A DNA stretch of 47,841 nt from Octopus sinensis (lineage: Eukaryota), in assembly GCF_006345805.1 (NCBI RefSeq), contig NW_021834526.1, forward strand, positions 1 through 47,841, written 5' to 3'. Positions within the stretch are counted from its first letter, which is position 1. Every line of letters starts with the position of its first letter. The position numbers and the translations under genes were made by a program. Of this stretch, positions 23,955-36,859 are shown piece by piece. The notes under the pieces are model-generated. The model did not search any database. It was given only the letters and a program-made list of their open reading frames with translations, and was not told the origin of the DNA.

Positions 23955-24275
23955 GATCGAGGTTACCGTGGTCTTTTCCGTAGGCTTTTCTTTCCACGGG
24001 TAAACCTCACCTGTCCTCCCCTTTACACTTCATATTGACATTTCTGTGATAACGATCCCTATTATTCATTTTTAATTTTTTTTTATTTTATTTCCCCCCC
24101 CCCCTTTTTTTTAACCCTCCCTTTTTTTGTCCTTTTTCTTTCCTTTTACGATCCCTTTTGATCGAAAACCACCACTCTCCTTTTTTTTTTCTTTTTTTTT
24201 ACCCCCAAAAGAAAAGCTCTACCTTGTAATTTGTTCTATCTGTGTGCAGCCCTGTGTGGCTAATAAAGAAACATA
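23955..24275 (+). mobile_element. Probable SINE (further family) with pyrimidine-rich middle
   Basis: Ends CCTTGTAATTTGTTCTATCTGTGTGCAGCCCTGTGTGGCTAATAAAGAAA, resembling the family B tail GCCCCTTGTGGG.AATAAAGAAATA. Confidence 0.5.
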
Positions 24276-24324
24276 TCTATCAATCTATCTATCTAACTTT
24301 AGGTAGATATCTATTTATCTGTGT

Positions 24325-24375
<51 letters not shown>

Positions 24376-24376
24376 T
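24325..24376. repeat. (TAGA)n microsatellite
   Basis: Direct reading. Confidence 0.97.
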
Positions 24377-24589
24377 AAATTAACGTACCCTTCCCAAATA
24401 AATAGAGCACCTTGTAGATTGCACTAATATAATAGGTTGGATTTGCCTTTCTTGGCCCAGTCATTTAGAATAGTCAACTCATCTTATAATATTCAGTTAT
24501 TGCATTAATATTTTTTATGAAATTATTTTATCTAATTATACTAGTTCTTTTCATTTTCTACGTATTAAGATTATTACTAAAAATTTTTC

Positions 24590-24975
24590 ATGTATCACTC
24601 CGATGATGGAATGTAGGTGAGTTTGCAGTTGGATAACAAATCACCACCTGTGATTACAGCCATCCTAGACATTTTAAATGTTTCTCGCCGTTCCTAACAA
24701 GCATGCCAGTTGCGTGTATTCTATGGGCTTCTGCAAGCCAATCTTTTCTAACCACTCGTTGAGTCTCCACCTCCCACCTTCGTCGCTCCTAATGCTACAA
24801 CGCTAATTGGTACCTCATTTTTCTCCAACCCTACAATCTGCTTATCTCTCTCAATACGGACTAGTATATATCTATTTTGTTGATTTCTTTTTCCTTATTC
24901 TTGTATCAAATGGTCGGGTCACATCAATTATGTTAACAGGTCCGTCTCCTTTTCTCATGAGAGCTACTGTCTGGT
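24590..24975 (-). mobile_element. R4/Dong-type RLE-LINE 3' fragment (second family)
   Basis: Minus-strand translation across frameshifts: IIDVTRPFDTRIRK.EINKIDIY..LREISRL..VPISVVALGA..QLACLLGTARNI, the RLE PD-(D/E)xK C-terminal pattern. Confidence 0.65.
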
Positions 24976-24984
24976 ACTGCCAGT

Positions 24985-26015
24985 AGTTTTATTTTTACAA
25001 TGTTCTTTCATTGCACTGCGGAGAGCAGCTCTATGTGCCTTGGGTATATGCTCTGGTTTGCTGTGATGCTCTTAGGGTTACTATATTGAAAGTGTTTTGC
25101 GTAGGATGTGTACAGTGCCTAGTAGTGCTATTTTCTGTATGTTATATATATATGTTTGTTAATCCTGTTTTTTAAGTATTTGTCTGAATGTTTTTTTATC
25201 ATGCCTAATGCGCCCACTATGATAGAAATCATTATTGTTTTTAGACCCCACATTCGATTTACCTCTATTTCCAGGTCTTTGTATTTTGAAAATTAATTTC
25301 TCCATTTTTTCTGAGAAACTTTGTCATCTGTTGGTATTGATACATCAGTTAGAATGCAATTTTTTCTTCATGATCTCTGACAATTGTATCTGGTCTGTTG
25401 GCCTTAATTTCTCTATCTGTGTGTATTGTATCAGCACCTAGTATAGTTGCTTTCTCATTTTCTCTGACCATTTCTCGCGTATGCTTAAGCCATTTTATAC
25501 CACCTCCACATATTCTGAAGTTACTTATGTTTCTTTTCATTATATGATTTTTTGTAATTTCTAGTGGGGAGGCTTTGGTCTTCTGCTGCAATTAAAAATC
25601 CATCAGTCTCTGCTTTGAGTCTTGAGCTTCTCAGCTATTGCTGGAATTTTGCTTTGTCTATTTCATTTGCATTTAGTTTAGCCGAGTATTTGCCTTGAAA
25701 GGGGCCATTTTTGCCATCCTTTTATCATGGTCCTTTGTTCCGGTTTTAGTTTGGATTTCAGTTGTTTTACAGCTTTTGTTTCTTCTTCTTCTTCTTCTTC
25801 TTCTTCTTCTTCTTCTTCTTCTTCTTCTTCTTCTTCTTCTTCTTCTTCTTCTTCTTCTTCTTCTTCTTCTTCTTCTTCTTCACAGTTGTTAGGTAGTATA
25901 ACTTCTTGATTGGATTTGTCAGCTTCCTCAAAGGCTGAAAACACTTTTTTTGTTTTGTTCGTGTTTTGTGGCTATTTGTATTAGTTTTCCTTTCTTCTGA
26001 AGTAGGTATTTTTGC
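24985..26015 (-). mobile_element. R4/Dong-type RLE-LINE, 5'-truncated, with internal deletion and in-frame (GAA)n expansion
   Basis: KLIQIATKHEQNK..FEEADKSNQEVILPNNC(E)34TKAVKQLKSKLK..KPPTRNYxKHIMKRNISNFRICG..ENEKATIL..IHTDREIKANRPDTIVRDHEEK..VGALG..NIQKIALLGTVHILRKTL, followed by a 3' UTR. Confidence 0.88.
25780..25881. repeat. (TTC)n/(GAA)n microsatellite, about 34 units
   Basis: 34 consecutive Glu codons in ORF 25678-25944. Confidence 0.98.
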
Positions 26016-26021
26016 AGTTCT

Positions 26022-26075
26022 ATTCTTCAAAACGGTGCTCCAGCATGATCGCAGTCTGATGACTGAAACAGTTAA
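26022..26075 (+). mobile_element. SINE family A tail remnant
   Basis: AACGGTGCTCCAGCATGATCGCAGTCTGATGACTGAAACAG. Confidence 0.75.
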
Positions 26076-27899
26076 AATATATATACATATATCTGTGTGT
26101 GTGTCCGAAAGTGTGTTGATGTGTGTACATTTATGTATGTATATATATAAATTTGTGTGTGTGTCTGTGTAAACATACATATACGATATAAACAACATGT
26201 TTACACATATATACATATATAAAGGAAAGTAGGATGTACCAAATAGATAAGCTGTAAGTAAACTATGGAGCATAATTTTCTACTCAAAGTGCAAAAACCT
26301 AGTCTGATATAAGAGGCTTTTCCGTTGTTAAATTTTCGTATAAAACCTGAGATATATGAAATAATATCGATATTCCTGTGTTTATGCGTCTAAAAGTGCG
26401 ATTTCTAGGGTTTTTACGTGCTCGGTATGAATGCTATTTTAGTTTCTAATAATGCGCTTGTATTAGTCTGTATTTCTTTCATCTGTTATTTAAGGTTTAG
26501 ATTTTTTAATTTGTTAGTAGTTGCACTGGTCTCTAATGTGCGGTATATATTGTTTCGCTTTCAGGTTATTATGTTTAAAAACGCGAGAAGCAGTGTAAAG
26601 TTTGGAGAATGAATCTGATAACAGTGACTAATGTTATGAAGTTTTCGGAGAGAAAATTGAAGTTTTCATTTGAAAATGAAACCTTACCAAGAGAAATTTT
26701 ACGAAAATTGTCTTGCAAAGATTTGGAAAACTGAAGAGTTATTCCATTATATTAGAACATTTTTTCTTCTTCCGATATTGAAACTGAATAGTTTGTGAAA
26801 TTATATTTTTAGTATTCCATTCATTAATTGAAATTGTCATATGAACGAAAATATGTGCATCGATGGAAATAACAAGCAGCACAGTTATTCTTTTGTGATA
26901 AAGTGTAAAAATTGAATGCAAAACGTATACAGACATTGATTGTATACAACTATAATAATACTATGCAGAAATACTAATGGAGGAAAAAGAAAATTTCATG
27001 GAAAATACCGGCTGCTCTCAAGTACATTTTAATTGTTATTACCCGCGGGATATTCTCAGCATTTTCATTCTCTCTTTAAAAATATAGGAAGAGCTACACA
27101 GTGTAGAAGTCGTTAGAGAAATATTTATCAAATATGATAGTGATGTCCCTTAGTTACATCAATATATACGTATATATTTTATATACGTTATATAATATAT
27201 ACATGCATACGCATATATACATATATATACTCATATGGACATCTGTATTTCTCAACTTTATTTGTTCCTGTATACATAATTGCTCGTGTATCTTTGTATG
27301 TGTCTACTTATATATATATAATATATATATATATACATATATATATATACATATGTTAATATATATATATATATATATAATATTATATTACATATATATA
27401 TATTATGTATATTATATATTATATATATATATTATATATATATATATAATGTATATGTGTGTGTTTGTGCGCGTGTGTCTGTATAATATATTTTTCTTTG
27501 TACGTCTCTGTGTGTCAGTCCATGTGTGTGTGGGTCTGTAGGTGTATGTGTGTGCGTTCTGTTACTGTCCATGGATCTGTTTAGGTTGACATGCACTGTG
27601 TCTGAAACATACATTTCTATTGTATATTAAATTCTTAATTGACTAAGGTCTTCTGTTCAATAATATTCTCTAGATTAACAAAGTCTTAAATTTCTTTCTT
27701 TTCAGAAATATGCTGGCAATTTAAAGTTTAGTTATTACGATAAATGTTCAGCATTGAATACTTATTGTCTTAAAGAATACCGTTTTATTGATATTCGAAT
27801 ATTGAGCTCATTAAGGAATAATGATTATGTAGTCACTATGTCTATTCAAATAACTTGTGGTTTGGGTTTTGATTTTTTAAATATTGTGATCTTCATGTG

Positions 27900-27900
27900 A

Positions 27901-27986
<86 letters not shown>

Positions 27987-28043
27987 GCTAGCTACTAGCT
28001 AGCTATCTGTCTGTCGGTCTGTATATCTATCTATCTATCTATC

Positions 28044-28105
<62 letters not shown>

Positions 28106-28180
28106 ATCTATCTATCTATCTAATATCTGTCTGTCTGTCTATTTATCTATCTATCTATTTCTTTATCTATCTATCTATAT
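27900..28180. repeat. Compound (TATC)n/(TAGC)n/(TGTC)n microsatellite
   Basis: Direct reading. Confidence 0.97.
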
Positions 28181-28499
28181 GTATATATGTGTGAGTGCAT
28201 GTGAGTTGCAGAAGGAGAGTCAGAGAGAGGGAGAGAGAGAAACAAAGTGAAAAGGGGTGAAAAGAGAGAGAGAGAGTGTGAGAGAGAGAAAGGGCGAAAT
28301 GTGAATGAAAACCGAAAGGCGGAGAATTGACAGATACAGTATTTAACGATCTAGTTGCTTCCACAAAAAAATGCTTAATAGCTCTCTATGCTGTGCAACA
28401 TATCTATTTCTATTTCAAGTTAACATAATGTTAAATCTTATCTGCTTCTATTGCTTAAAACATTACGATAATTCAGACATTCCAGTGAGCAATCATTAA

Positions 28500-28925
28500 A
28501 AATTAGATGGCGTGATTGATCTTAATTTTCGGGACCACATTGTGAAACTTGGTCTTCGTCTACTTTAACTTGGCCATGGCTGCCACATCATATGCACAAT
28601 CTGGAGAAAATAACACCAGTATTACATAAACGACCCTAACATAGAGTTCAAAATTCCACCAAGGCAGGGACTCCATGCGATGTACGCTCTCTCGCAATTC
28701 TGACCAACAGCACTCAATCACGCGGCAACTCAATTATTTTTCTTCGAATGCTCCTACCTTACTTAAAATTATTCCGAAACAAGTTATAGAATAAAAACAT
28801 CCCGTTACCTTGAAACGATATCTGGACAAATTTCTTCAAGGGGTAACTGACAAGCTACTTATACCAGAAGAGATTTCTGTCAAAAACAATTCCGTTTGTC
28901 AATGGACTTTTCAATGGACTTTTCA
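28500..28925 (+). mobile_element. CR1/L2/Jockey-group LINE RT C-terminal 3' fragment, heavily decayed
   Basis: Residual motifs: IVKLGL..IICTIWRK..NDPNIEFKIPPRQG..LKRYLDKFLQGVTDK..KNNSVCQW (compare FKRxLDKFL..IPD.P..NSL..W). Confidence 0.65.
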
Positions 28926-29005
28926 ATTTAATGGACTTGGCAATGTACTATTAAGTTGCATGCAGTCTAGGCAAATTTGGCTGACACATGTATGAAGTTA
29001 CTTAC

Positions 29006-29087
29006 CGTTCAGTGGCTTTGGCAAAGGATACGAACATAGTAGGTGCTGGAATATGAACTAAACTCCTCGATTTAACAAGAAGTACTT
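29006..29087 (-). CDS. Candidate coding exon (phase 1-2), VLLVKSRSLVHIPAPTMFVSFAKATE
   Basis: Strong acceptor ctattttattgcaactctttag| and donor CG|gtaagt; one of three frames open. No partner exon established. Confidence 0.3.
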
Positions 29088-29159
29088 CTAAAGAGTTGCA
29101 ATAAAATAGTATTGTAGCGAACTATCTCATGATTACCCAAATAAAAGCGATGTACAGTG

Positions 29160-29180
29160 ATCAAATTATTATTATTATTA

Positions 29181-29238
<58 letters not shown>

Positions 29239-29310
29239 GTTTTGTTTTTTTTGTTTTTATTGTTGTTGTTATTGTTGTTATTATTATTATTAGTAGTAGT
29301 AGTAGTGGTT
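29160..29310. repeat. (ATT)n/(GTT)n/(AGT)n microsatellite
   Basis: Direct reading. Confidence 0.95.
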
Positions 29311-30764
29311 GTTTTTATTTCGTTTACAAATTAACATCGCAAACATGCTTATGGTTCAATCCCACTGCTTATTATTTTAAGCTTTTGCTTTGTACTATGA
29401 CCACGTGTTAACAATAACTTCAAAATGGAATATGGTGTGCCAAGACTATATATATATTCATTACACACGCGCGCATGCACGTACACACATATACACATAC
29501 ACACTCACGGTGATATTGTTCAAGAATGCATGACAGAAAATAAAAAGTATATAAAATGTATGCATCCGTCTTTGTTATTTTATCTACTTCTAAGACAATT
29601 ACGCAAAAGCTGATATATAATCAACGTACCATGGCAGGGGAAAGAATAAATTTTAGTACCTAAGACTTTTTTAAGGAGCACAATTCTATTTGTCTATGTT
29701 CTGATCCAAATTGTAATGGAGTGGATTTTTATTCGATTCAATCATATTAATGTAAACCTCCTCTCTTCGTAATCTTTTCGTGAATCGAACCCTACCGCTT
29801 CATTGATGAGCATTATAAGCTGATAATAGGATTTCTCTAGAATACACAATGTTTGATCAATGTATGCGTGCGGGCACGGTATTCTTTATGTTTTGGAAGA
29901 CAGTATCTTGTCACTCAGGGTCAATTTTAATAAATTAAAAGACATGTAGAAAAAAATGACATTGACAGAGAGAGGGGCGAGCAGCAAAAATAAATAATTC
30001 GAAATCTTGTCTATTGATTGGTCTTGAAATGATATACGTGAAAGCAGCTTTCGTCAGAATCTGAACTCAGATCGCAGATAGCAGAAACAAAACCCATAGA
30101 CGTTCAAACAAAAACTGACAATTCTCCATCTAATTTAATATATTATATAATATCATTGTACAGCACAAACACCTAGGTCGATATATTGAATGGGAACCCA
30201 TCACCTAGAACTTGTAATATTGCACCACTTTAAGAAAAATAGTGTCCATTGACAATCATTATATGCTGGGACGATAGCATTAAAGGTAATTGATTTTGGG
30301 AAGATATAGCAAGATGCATTTGTTGAGAACAAGCGTCAGATACAAAACTTGTTTGTTCAGCTAAATTACAAAGATGTTTTCCTATAATGCTGTTGAAACG
30401 ATGCCAATACCAGTAATATATAAAACATATTGGAATTCCAATAATTATACGTAAATATTTCCTCTTTCGGAAATACACATATTTGGCGGAAATACACGAA
30501 TGGAATCAGTTTTTGTGGCTATTAAATCCCTAAACAAAGGCACCTACAAAAGAAATTGTAACACAGCGAGCGTTATGTAGGATATACAAATGAAAGATAT
30601 AGAAAATATAGTTAATTATATTATTATGAGAATTCATAGGAAGCTTAACGCCCAATCTTTGTTTCTTTATTTGGTAATACCACATCTATTCATTCTATCA
30701 TTTTATACTCTGTATCCTAAGCTTTTCGATATTTCTCTCTCGCTCTCTGTCTCTTTGTTTCGTT

Positions 30765-30822
<58 letters not shown>

Positions 30823-31194
30823 ATCTCTGTTAGTTTCTATTATTTCTCCGTTACACAGATATTTTAATATTACTCTATAAGTAATTTAGTTTTATCTATT
30901 TATCTATCTGCCGACCAACATATACCTACGTACCGGCCTCTGAACGAACGCGCGCGTGCGCTTGCGTACACACACATACACACACATATATGTATATAAA
31001 TGTATATATGTGTCTGTGGTTATATATATATATATGTACATATACCCACACACATGAATTTGTGCATATATGTATGCGTCAGTATTGTATATCTACCTAT
31101 ATATTTGCCTATGTCTCTCTCTACGTTTCTACCTATCTTTTATTTTCTTCGTATACACACACTTACAGACACACACACACACGTGCACACCCAT

Positions 31195-31460
31195 ATAAAT
31201 ACATACATACATGTACACACACACACATACATACATACACACACACATGCATACATATATACATACATATATGCACACATTTACATACATACATACCTGC
31301 ATACATACATACATACGCACATGCATACATATATACATACATGCATACATACATACATACATACACACATACATACATACATACATACATACATACATAC
31401 ATGCATACATACATACATATACACACACATACATACATATATACATACATACACACATTC
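31195..31460. repeat. (CATA)n/(CA)n microsatellite
   Basis: Direct reading. Confidence 0.97.
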
Positions 31461-31894
31461 ACGAGACTCGCGAATACGATTTCCGTGAAGTCATAAAGCG
31501 AGAGGTTGAATTTTTCTAAAAGCTATACGCAGCAAGATTTTGTGATGCATACAAATCATTGATGACAGAACCCATCTAACAAAGGTCGACTTACTACAGG
31601 CGTAAATATTATTCCATCGGAAGCAATAAAATCTACAAAAGCCTTCCTTAGTAATGCTTGGGTAATTTAGAACTATCCTATGGTCATTTCGATAGGGCTC
31701 TTTGATAAGGATGAAATTTTCTGAACACATTGTTTGATATAAAATTTTACACATAACAATACAGAAACTTGCTGCTGGTGGCTAAGTATTGAAGAACTGC
31801 TTTAGATCCTACGATTTTCAGTGAATTGTAGTATAGCAATAGGTTATCTTTTGCCTGTATGTCTTTACTCGGTGAATATTCTAACATGAATTAA

Positions 31895-32060
31895 TGCGGT
31901 GACCTGACAGAATCGTTAACACGACAGGCAAAATACTTAGCGGCATTTCGTTCATCTTTATGTTCCGAGTTCGAATTTGCCGTTCATGCAATCGATAAAA
32001 TAAGTATCACTTAACCCCTGAGGTCAATGAAATCGATTCTTTTACCCTCCACCCACCCGG
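31895..32060 (+). mobile_element. Family B SINE, decayed and internally deleted
   Basis: GCGGTGACCTGACAGAATCGTTAACACG..AATACTTAGCGGCATTTCG..GAGTTCGAATTTGCCG..AATCGATAAAATAAGTA. Confidence 0.75.
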
Positions 32061-32189
32061 AGATATCTGTTTTTCTTTTGCCTAAATCTAAAACCAATAT
32101 CATAATATAAATTAACGATTTAAAATGTTCAATTTGCAAACACCTGATTTTGGGCTCGGTCCTACAGAGCAGTTCCTTTATTAAACGTT

Positions 32190-32452
32190 TCAAAAAATTA
32201 TTGCGTGCTTGTAGCACGTAACATGCACCATTCGAGCGTGGTCGATGCCAATGATGCTTGATTGGGCCCAGTGCCGGTGGCATATAACAAGCACCCGCTA
32301 CACTCTCGGAGTGGTTGACGTTAGGAAGGGCATCCAGCTGTAGAAACCTTGCCAGATCAGATTGGAACTTGGTGCAGTCTCCTGGTTTACTAGTCCTCAG
32401 TCAAACCGTCCAACCCAAGCCAGAATAGAAAGCAGACGTTAAACGATGATAT
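32190..32452 (+). mobile_element. RTE-related retroposon 3' end
   Basis: GTGCCGGTGGCA..GCACCCGCTACACTCTCGGAGTGGTTGACGTTAGGAAGGGCATCCAGCTGTAGAAAC..CCGTCCAACCCA.GCCAG..GACGTTAAACGATGAT; typical RTE 3' UTR ending in (GAT)n. Confidence 0.75.
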
Positions 32453-32709
32453 ACTAATATATGTGGATATATACATTATGTGTGTGTGTGGGGGGGACAA
32501 ATCGAACACTAAATACTGAATACTGAAAATCAAGGTTTAAAAATGACAAATGGCAAAACAAGAAAAGGGCGTACATATGGAATATATTAGCCTGACTCTC
32601 AGTAAAAGTGGAAAAATGAGTGGGCATTTTACGTTTCGAGCATGGCTCTTTGCCAGAAAGCGGTGAAAGGAAAAGCACGTGTCTAGTTACATGGCTGAAG
32701 TGACCGGAA

Positions 32710-32885
32710 GTACGTGTGTCTTTCGGTTTGTGTTTGTTTCACCCCACCGCTTGATAAACGGTGGTGGTTTGTTTACATGCCCGAAACTTAACAGTTCTGC
32801 GAGTAAGAACGATATATTAAGTACAAGACTAAACCATATCATTAGTACTGGTGACTATTTCCTCTCTTGCAATACTTCCGATCGG
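32710..32885 (+). mobile_element. SINE family A 3' half, decayed
   Basis: CACCGCTTGATAAACGGTGGTGGTTTGTTTACATGCCCGAAACTTAACAGTTC..AAGTACAAGACT aligns with 2710-2850. Confidence 0.6.
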
Positions 32886-33765
32886 TTCTCCAATACGTTT
32901 GCAATCCCATAACTGCGAGAAAGAAATTATAAAATCAAAGCATTTATAGATTCATATATCAATGAGGGAGTGTGCTTCCTTTATCCTTACCTAAAGCTTT
33001 GTTTTAATGATACAGAATATTATAATTGAAATGCTGGTCAAATCGTAATCTTTCAATTTTAATCTCATGTAATATACATTGTTTCACTATATTCTCCTCA
33101 CATTTTAAACTAACTATATTTATTGTATTAGCAAAGATACCAAAGATAAATATTCCATGTTCATTATTCTGTCTTGTGCTCTCTAGCGGAGCGTAGAATC
33201 TAAATATATTTATATATACTAACACCATGACCCGGCGTATAAATATATATGTGTGTGTGCGTGTGTGTGTGTGTTTTGTTTGTGTGTGTGTGTGTGTATG
33301 TGTGTGTGTGTGCACATATATATGTATTATGTATGTAAGTACTTGGACTTAGGGTGTATGTGTATTAGTATATCGATTAAAGCACATTCATCATTTGGGA
33401 TACCTAATGTCATCCACAGTTACAGCATAGCTTTCACTGGATCAACTTCAGGAAATTCGTAGGGTTTATTGAGTTTATAGTTGATAAAGGAAACAGAAGA
33501 TGGATTTCGTACTAAAACTATTTTCCCTTTGCTTTATCAACACACACACGAGGGAATTTTGAAAACTTTCTGGCTTTAAAGGTATCGCGAAAGGTCTGGA
33601 TAGAGTCTCAACATTTTGAGGTTTGTCACAGGGCTTAGAAAAGGACCGCTGCAATAAATATGTGAATGTGAGAGGGGAATATGTTGAATAAAATCATAAT
33701 TAACTGATTCTTCTGTATTTTCTTTTTCTTTTACCCAAAACCAAGACCATTTCAGCACCACAGCG

Positions 33766-33796
<31 letters not shown>

Positions 33797-33797
33797 G

Positions 33798-33828
<31 letters not shown>

Positions 33829-33915
33829 GTATGTATATGTATATATATATATTGTATATATATAATATGTATATATATATATATGTATATGTATATACAT
33901 GTATATACATGTATG

Positions 33916-33985
<70 letters not shown>

Positions 33986-34049
33986 TGTATGTATGTATGA
34001 ATGTATGTATGTATGTATGTATGTATGTAGGTATGCATGGATGGATGGA

Positions 34050-34215
34050 TGTTGTTAATCGCAAAACAAAAGGAAGAATAAAAAAGCAACAACGTACATG
34101 GTACAAGAAAAGTATTGAAATAGGCTCAGGGAAGGACAGAAAAGGAAGGAAACAGGATACAGAGGAATGTCCAAGAGAAAAGGAAGACAGAAGGAAAACG
34201 TCGCCAACAAACCAC
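34050..34215 (-). mobile_element. Penelope-type terminal fragment lacking the hammerhead segment
   Basis: Collinear with 42835-43030 (CAACAACG..CATGG.ACAAG..CTCAGG.AAGGA..GTCCAAG..GGAAGAC..TCGCCAAC). Confidence 0.65.
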
Positions 34216-34260
34216 ATATAGTTACGTTATATATATAACGTAACTATATGCGGATTGTTG

Positions 34261-34316
<56 letters not shown>

Positions 34317-34325
34317 TTATAGAAC

Positions 34326-34382
<57 letters not shown>

Positions 34383-34389
34383 GTATATA

Positions 34390-34435
<46 letters not shown>

Positions 34436-34464
34436 ATATATATATATAATATATAATATATATA

Positions 34465-34529
<65 letters not shown>

Positions 34530-34821
34530 CAATATATTTTTATTGAACTATTTGTCTAATAATTTGTCAGATATTTCCTTGTAAACTGTTTTTTACATCT
34601 TCCTTTTTATTATCAAAGAATGTATATAAGTATTTGAATACTTTTGTGACAACCAGTACTTAACACAACAAAGCTCATACAAAGCTTTTACATTTTACTT
34701 TTCACAATCTTTAGCTCAAAAAAGTGAAACCGGTCAAATGAATAAACATCTTTAAAATTGCAATTTTAAACCTTCTTTCATATATATTTCCACTCGTGCG
34801 TTACCTTACAACTTCACTTTG

Positions 34822-34899
<78 letters not shown>

Positions 34900-34919
34900 T
34901 AAACACACACACACACACA

Positions 34920-34994
<75 letters not shown>

Positions 34995-36165
34995 AGTGTG
35001 GTGTGTGTGTGTATGTATATTTTGTTTTGGAATTTTGGTTACATTCTTTATGTGAGTTCGTGTGTTGAAGCATATTCTGTGGTCTCTGAGGAGAGTCATT
35101 CTCTTTTAGTGCCTCATAATTTAACACTCTCACCTGTAAAATTTCCCCTCATTTCCTTGAGAGTCAACAACTATTGATAAGGTTGCAAGACGCAACGAAA
35201 ATTTTAGAAAAATAAAGTTGGAAATGAGTGGAAATTTTACCGGAGTGTGTATTAATTATAAGGCAGTAAAAGAGAATGACTATCCCCAGACACAACAGAA
35301 TATGTATATATATGTATGTGTGTGTGTGTGTGAGTGTGTGTGTGTATACATATTCGCTAAATCAAACTGAATACTTTTGTTAAATGATTTAACATCATTT
35401 GTTAAATCGAGAGAAACTTTCAGATTTAAAATTTTACGGAGAATTTTTTTCCATGACAAAACATAGTGAATGGCTTATTTACGAGTCCAAACGTGCCACA
35501 CGCATATTTGAACTGGTAACAACATTAAATTAAAATGTTAAACTGTATAGAATAATATGAATTTGAATCAAGAAATGTATAATGAAATTTATATTTTATA
35601 TTCTTTAATTTTACTTTGGCGAACGAAAACACTTTCGAGGAATATATTTTTGACATACTACAAATAAAAACCGAAAGTAATATTTCAATTTTGTTTAGAG
35701 TAGCTCATCACTTGTTTTATGTCAGTTACATGTGTATACGACGAACATTTTATGAAGGATTTCCTGTATTTTCCTGTATTTTCCTGCTGACCAATTGAAT
35801 ACATGAGCGCATAATTTTTCACGCGTTTATCCAAAAGAAATACTATCATGTCCGAGGTGATAAAATCGAAGGCCTTTTTTTATATATGTAATACATGATT
35901 GATTCACATTTCCTTCCGATCACAGTAATATATTTCATGTAAATACTCAAGACTTTCCTTAAATGTTTTAGGCAATTTTCGAAGATTTTACCATGAAATA
36001 ATTGTAGAGGTGTTTAACGGTTATTTTCCCATGCTTGCTCACAATTACACAGAGACACAGACACACACGCACGCGCAGGCACGCCTTCACACACAGCGTT
36101 TATCCTTACCTATGTTCGCGCGCTCAAACCGACGTATACACAGTGCGCGTGTCCGTTTCTGTAAG

Positions 36166-36249
36166 GTATTGGTATTTCAAAGAGAATTATCTTGCCGTGT
36201 TTAATTTCAAGATCGCTATAAGAGAACAATATTATTCTTTAAATGGGTG
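36166..36249 (+). CDS. Candidate coding exon (phase 2-2), YWYFKENYLAVFNFKIAIREQYYSLNG
   Basis: Acceptor gtccgtttctgtaag|, donor GTG|gtatga, 84 nt, open frame. Confidence 0.2.
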
Positions 36250-36859
36250 GTATGAGCTAACCACTGTGCCAAAAATTATACCAGTGAAAGAAAAAAATTC
36301 ATTCGTAGTGAAGATATACTAGGAAATTATGATAGCAATCGATGAAGAGGCATAATTGTGAGATAATATGACTTTAAGAATAAATATCTACAAAGAATAG
36401 AAGTTGATTTTTGAAATCATTTTCGAATTTTTTCTGTTACTATCATAATTTTAGAAATTCTATAATCAAGTCAGATTTTTTAAAATTTGGAATATTGATG
36501 TAATTTTTTACACTGAATCTGATTTTCTTAATCATTTGTTCCAGAAACTCTTTAGAAAAATGTTATTGAGTTCTAAAATTTTTTAATTTCTTTCAAGTCA
36601 AAGAAAAAGATTTGGAAACTGGCATTTTCTGAGTGATAGCTGTCTATCACAAAGTGAAAACAAAGCATTACGACGAAGCGTTTTAACACGTTTTAATGAA
36701 TAAAATCATGTTAAACGGTGGAACATGCATGTAAGCATTGAAAAGTGTAAACTATAAAAAATGAAAGATCTTCAATGAAATTTTTCGGCGAAAATTTACA
36801 AAATAAACATTTCAAGCGAAAATCAAATAGCGAACGTTTGAGACACACCCTAGAAGTTT

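Noticed and set aside
25780-25881. (GAA)n as the insertion target of the Dong-type LINE
   Set aside because: LINE-like coding sequence continues in frame on the far side, so the array is internal to the element.
30460-30580. ESVFVAIKSL resembling kinase subdomain II
   Set aside because: No GxGxxG upstream, in-frame stops on both sides, no other kinase motifs; the local GGAAATACAC duplication explains part of the pattern.
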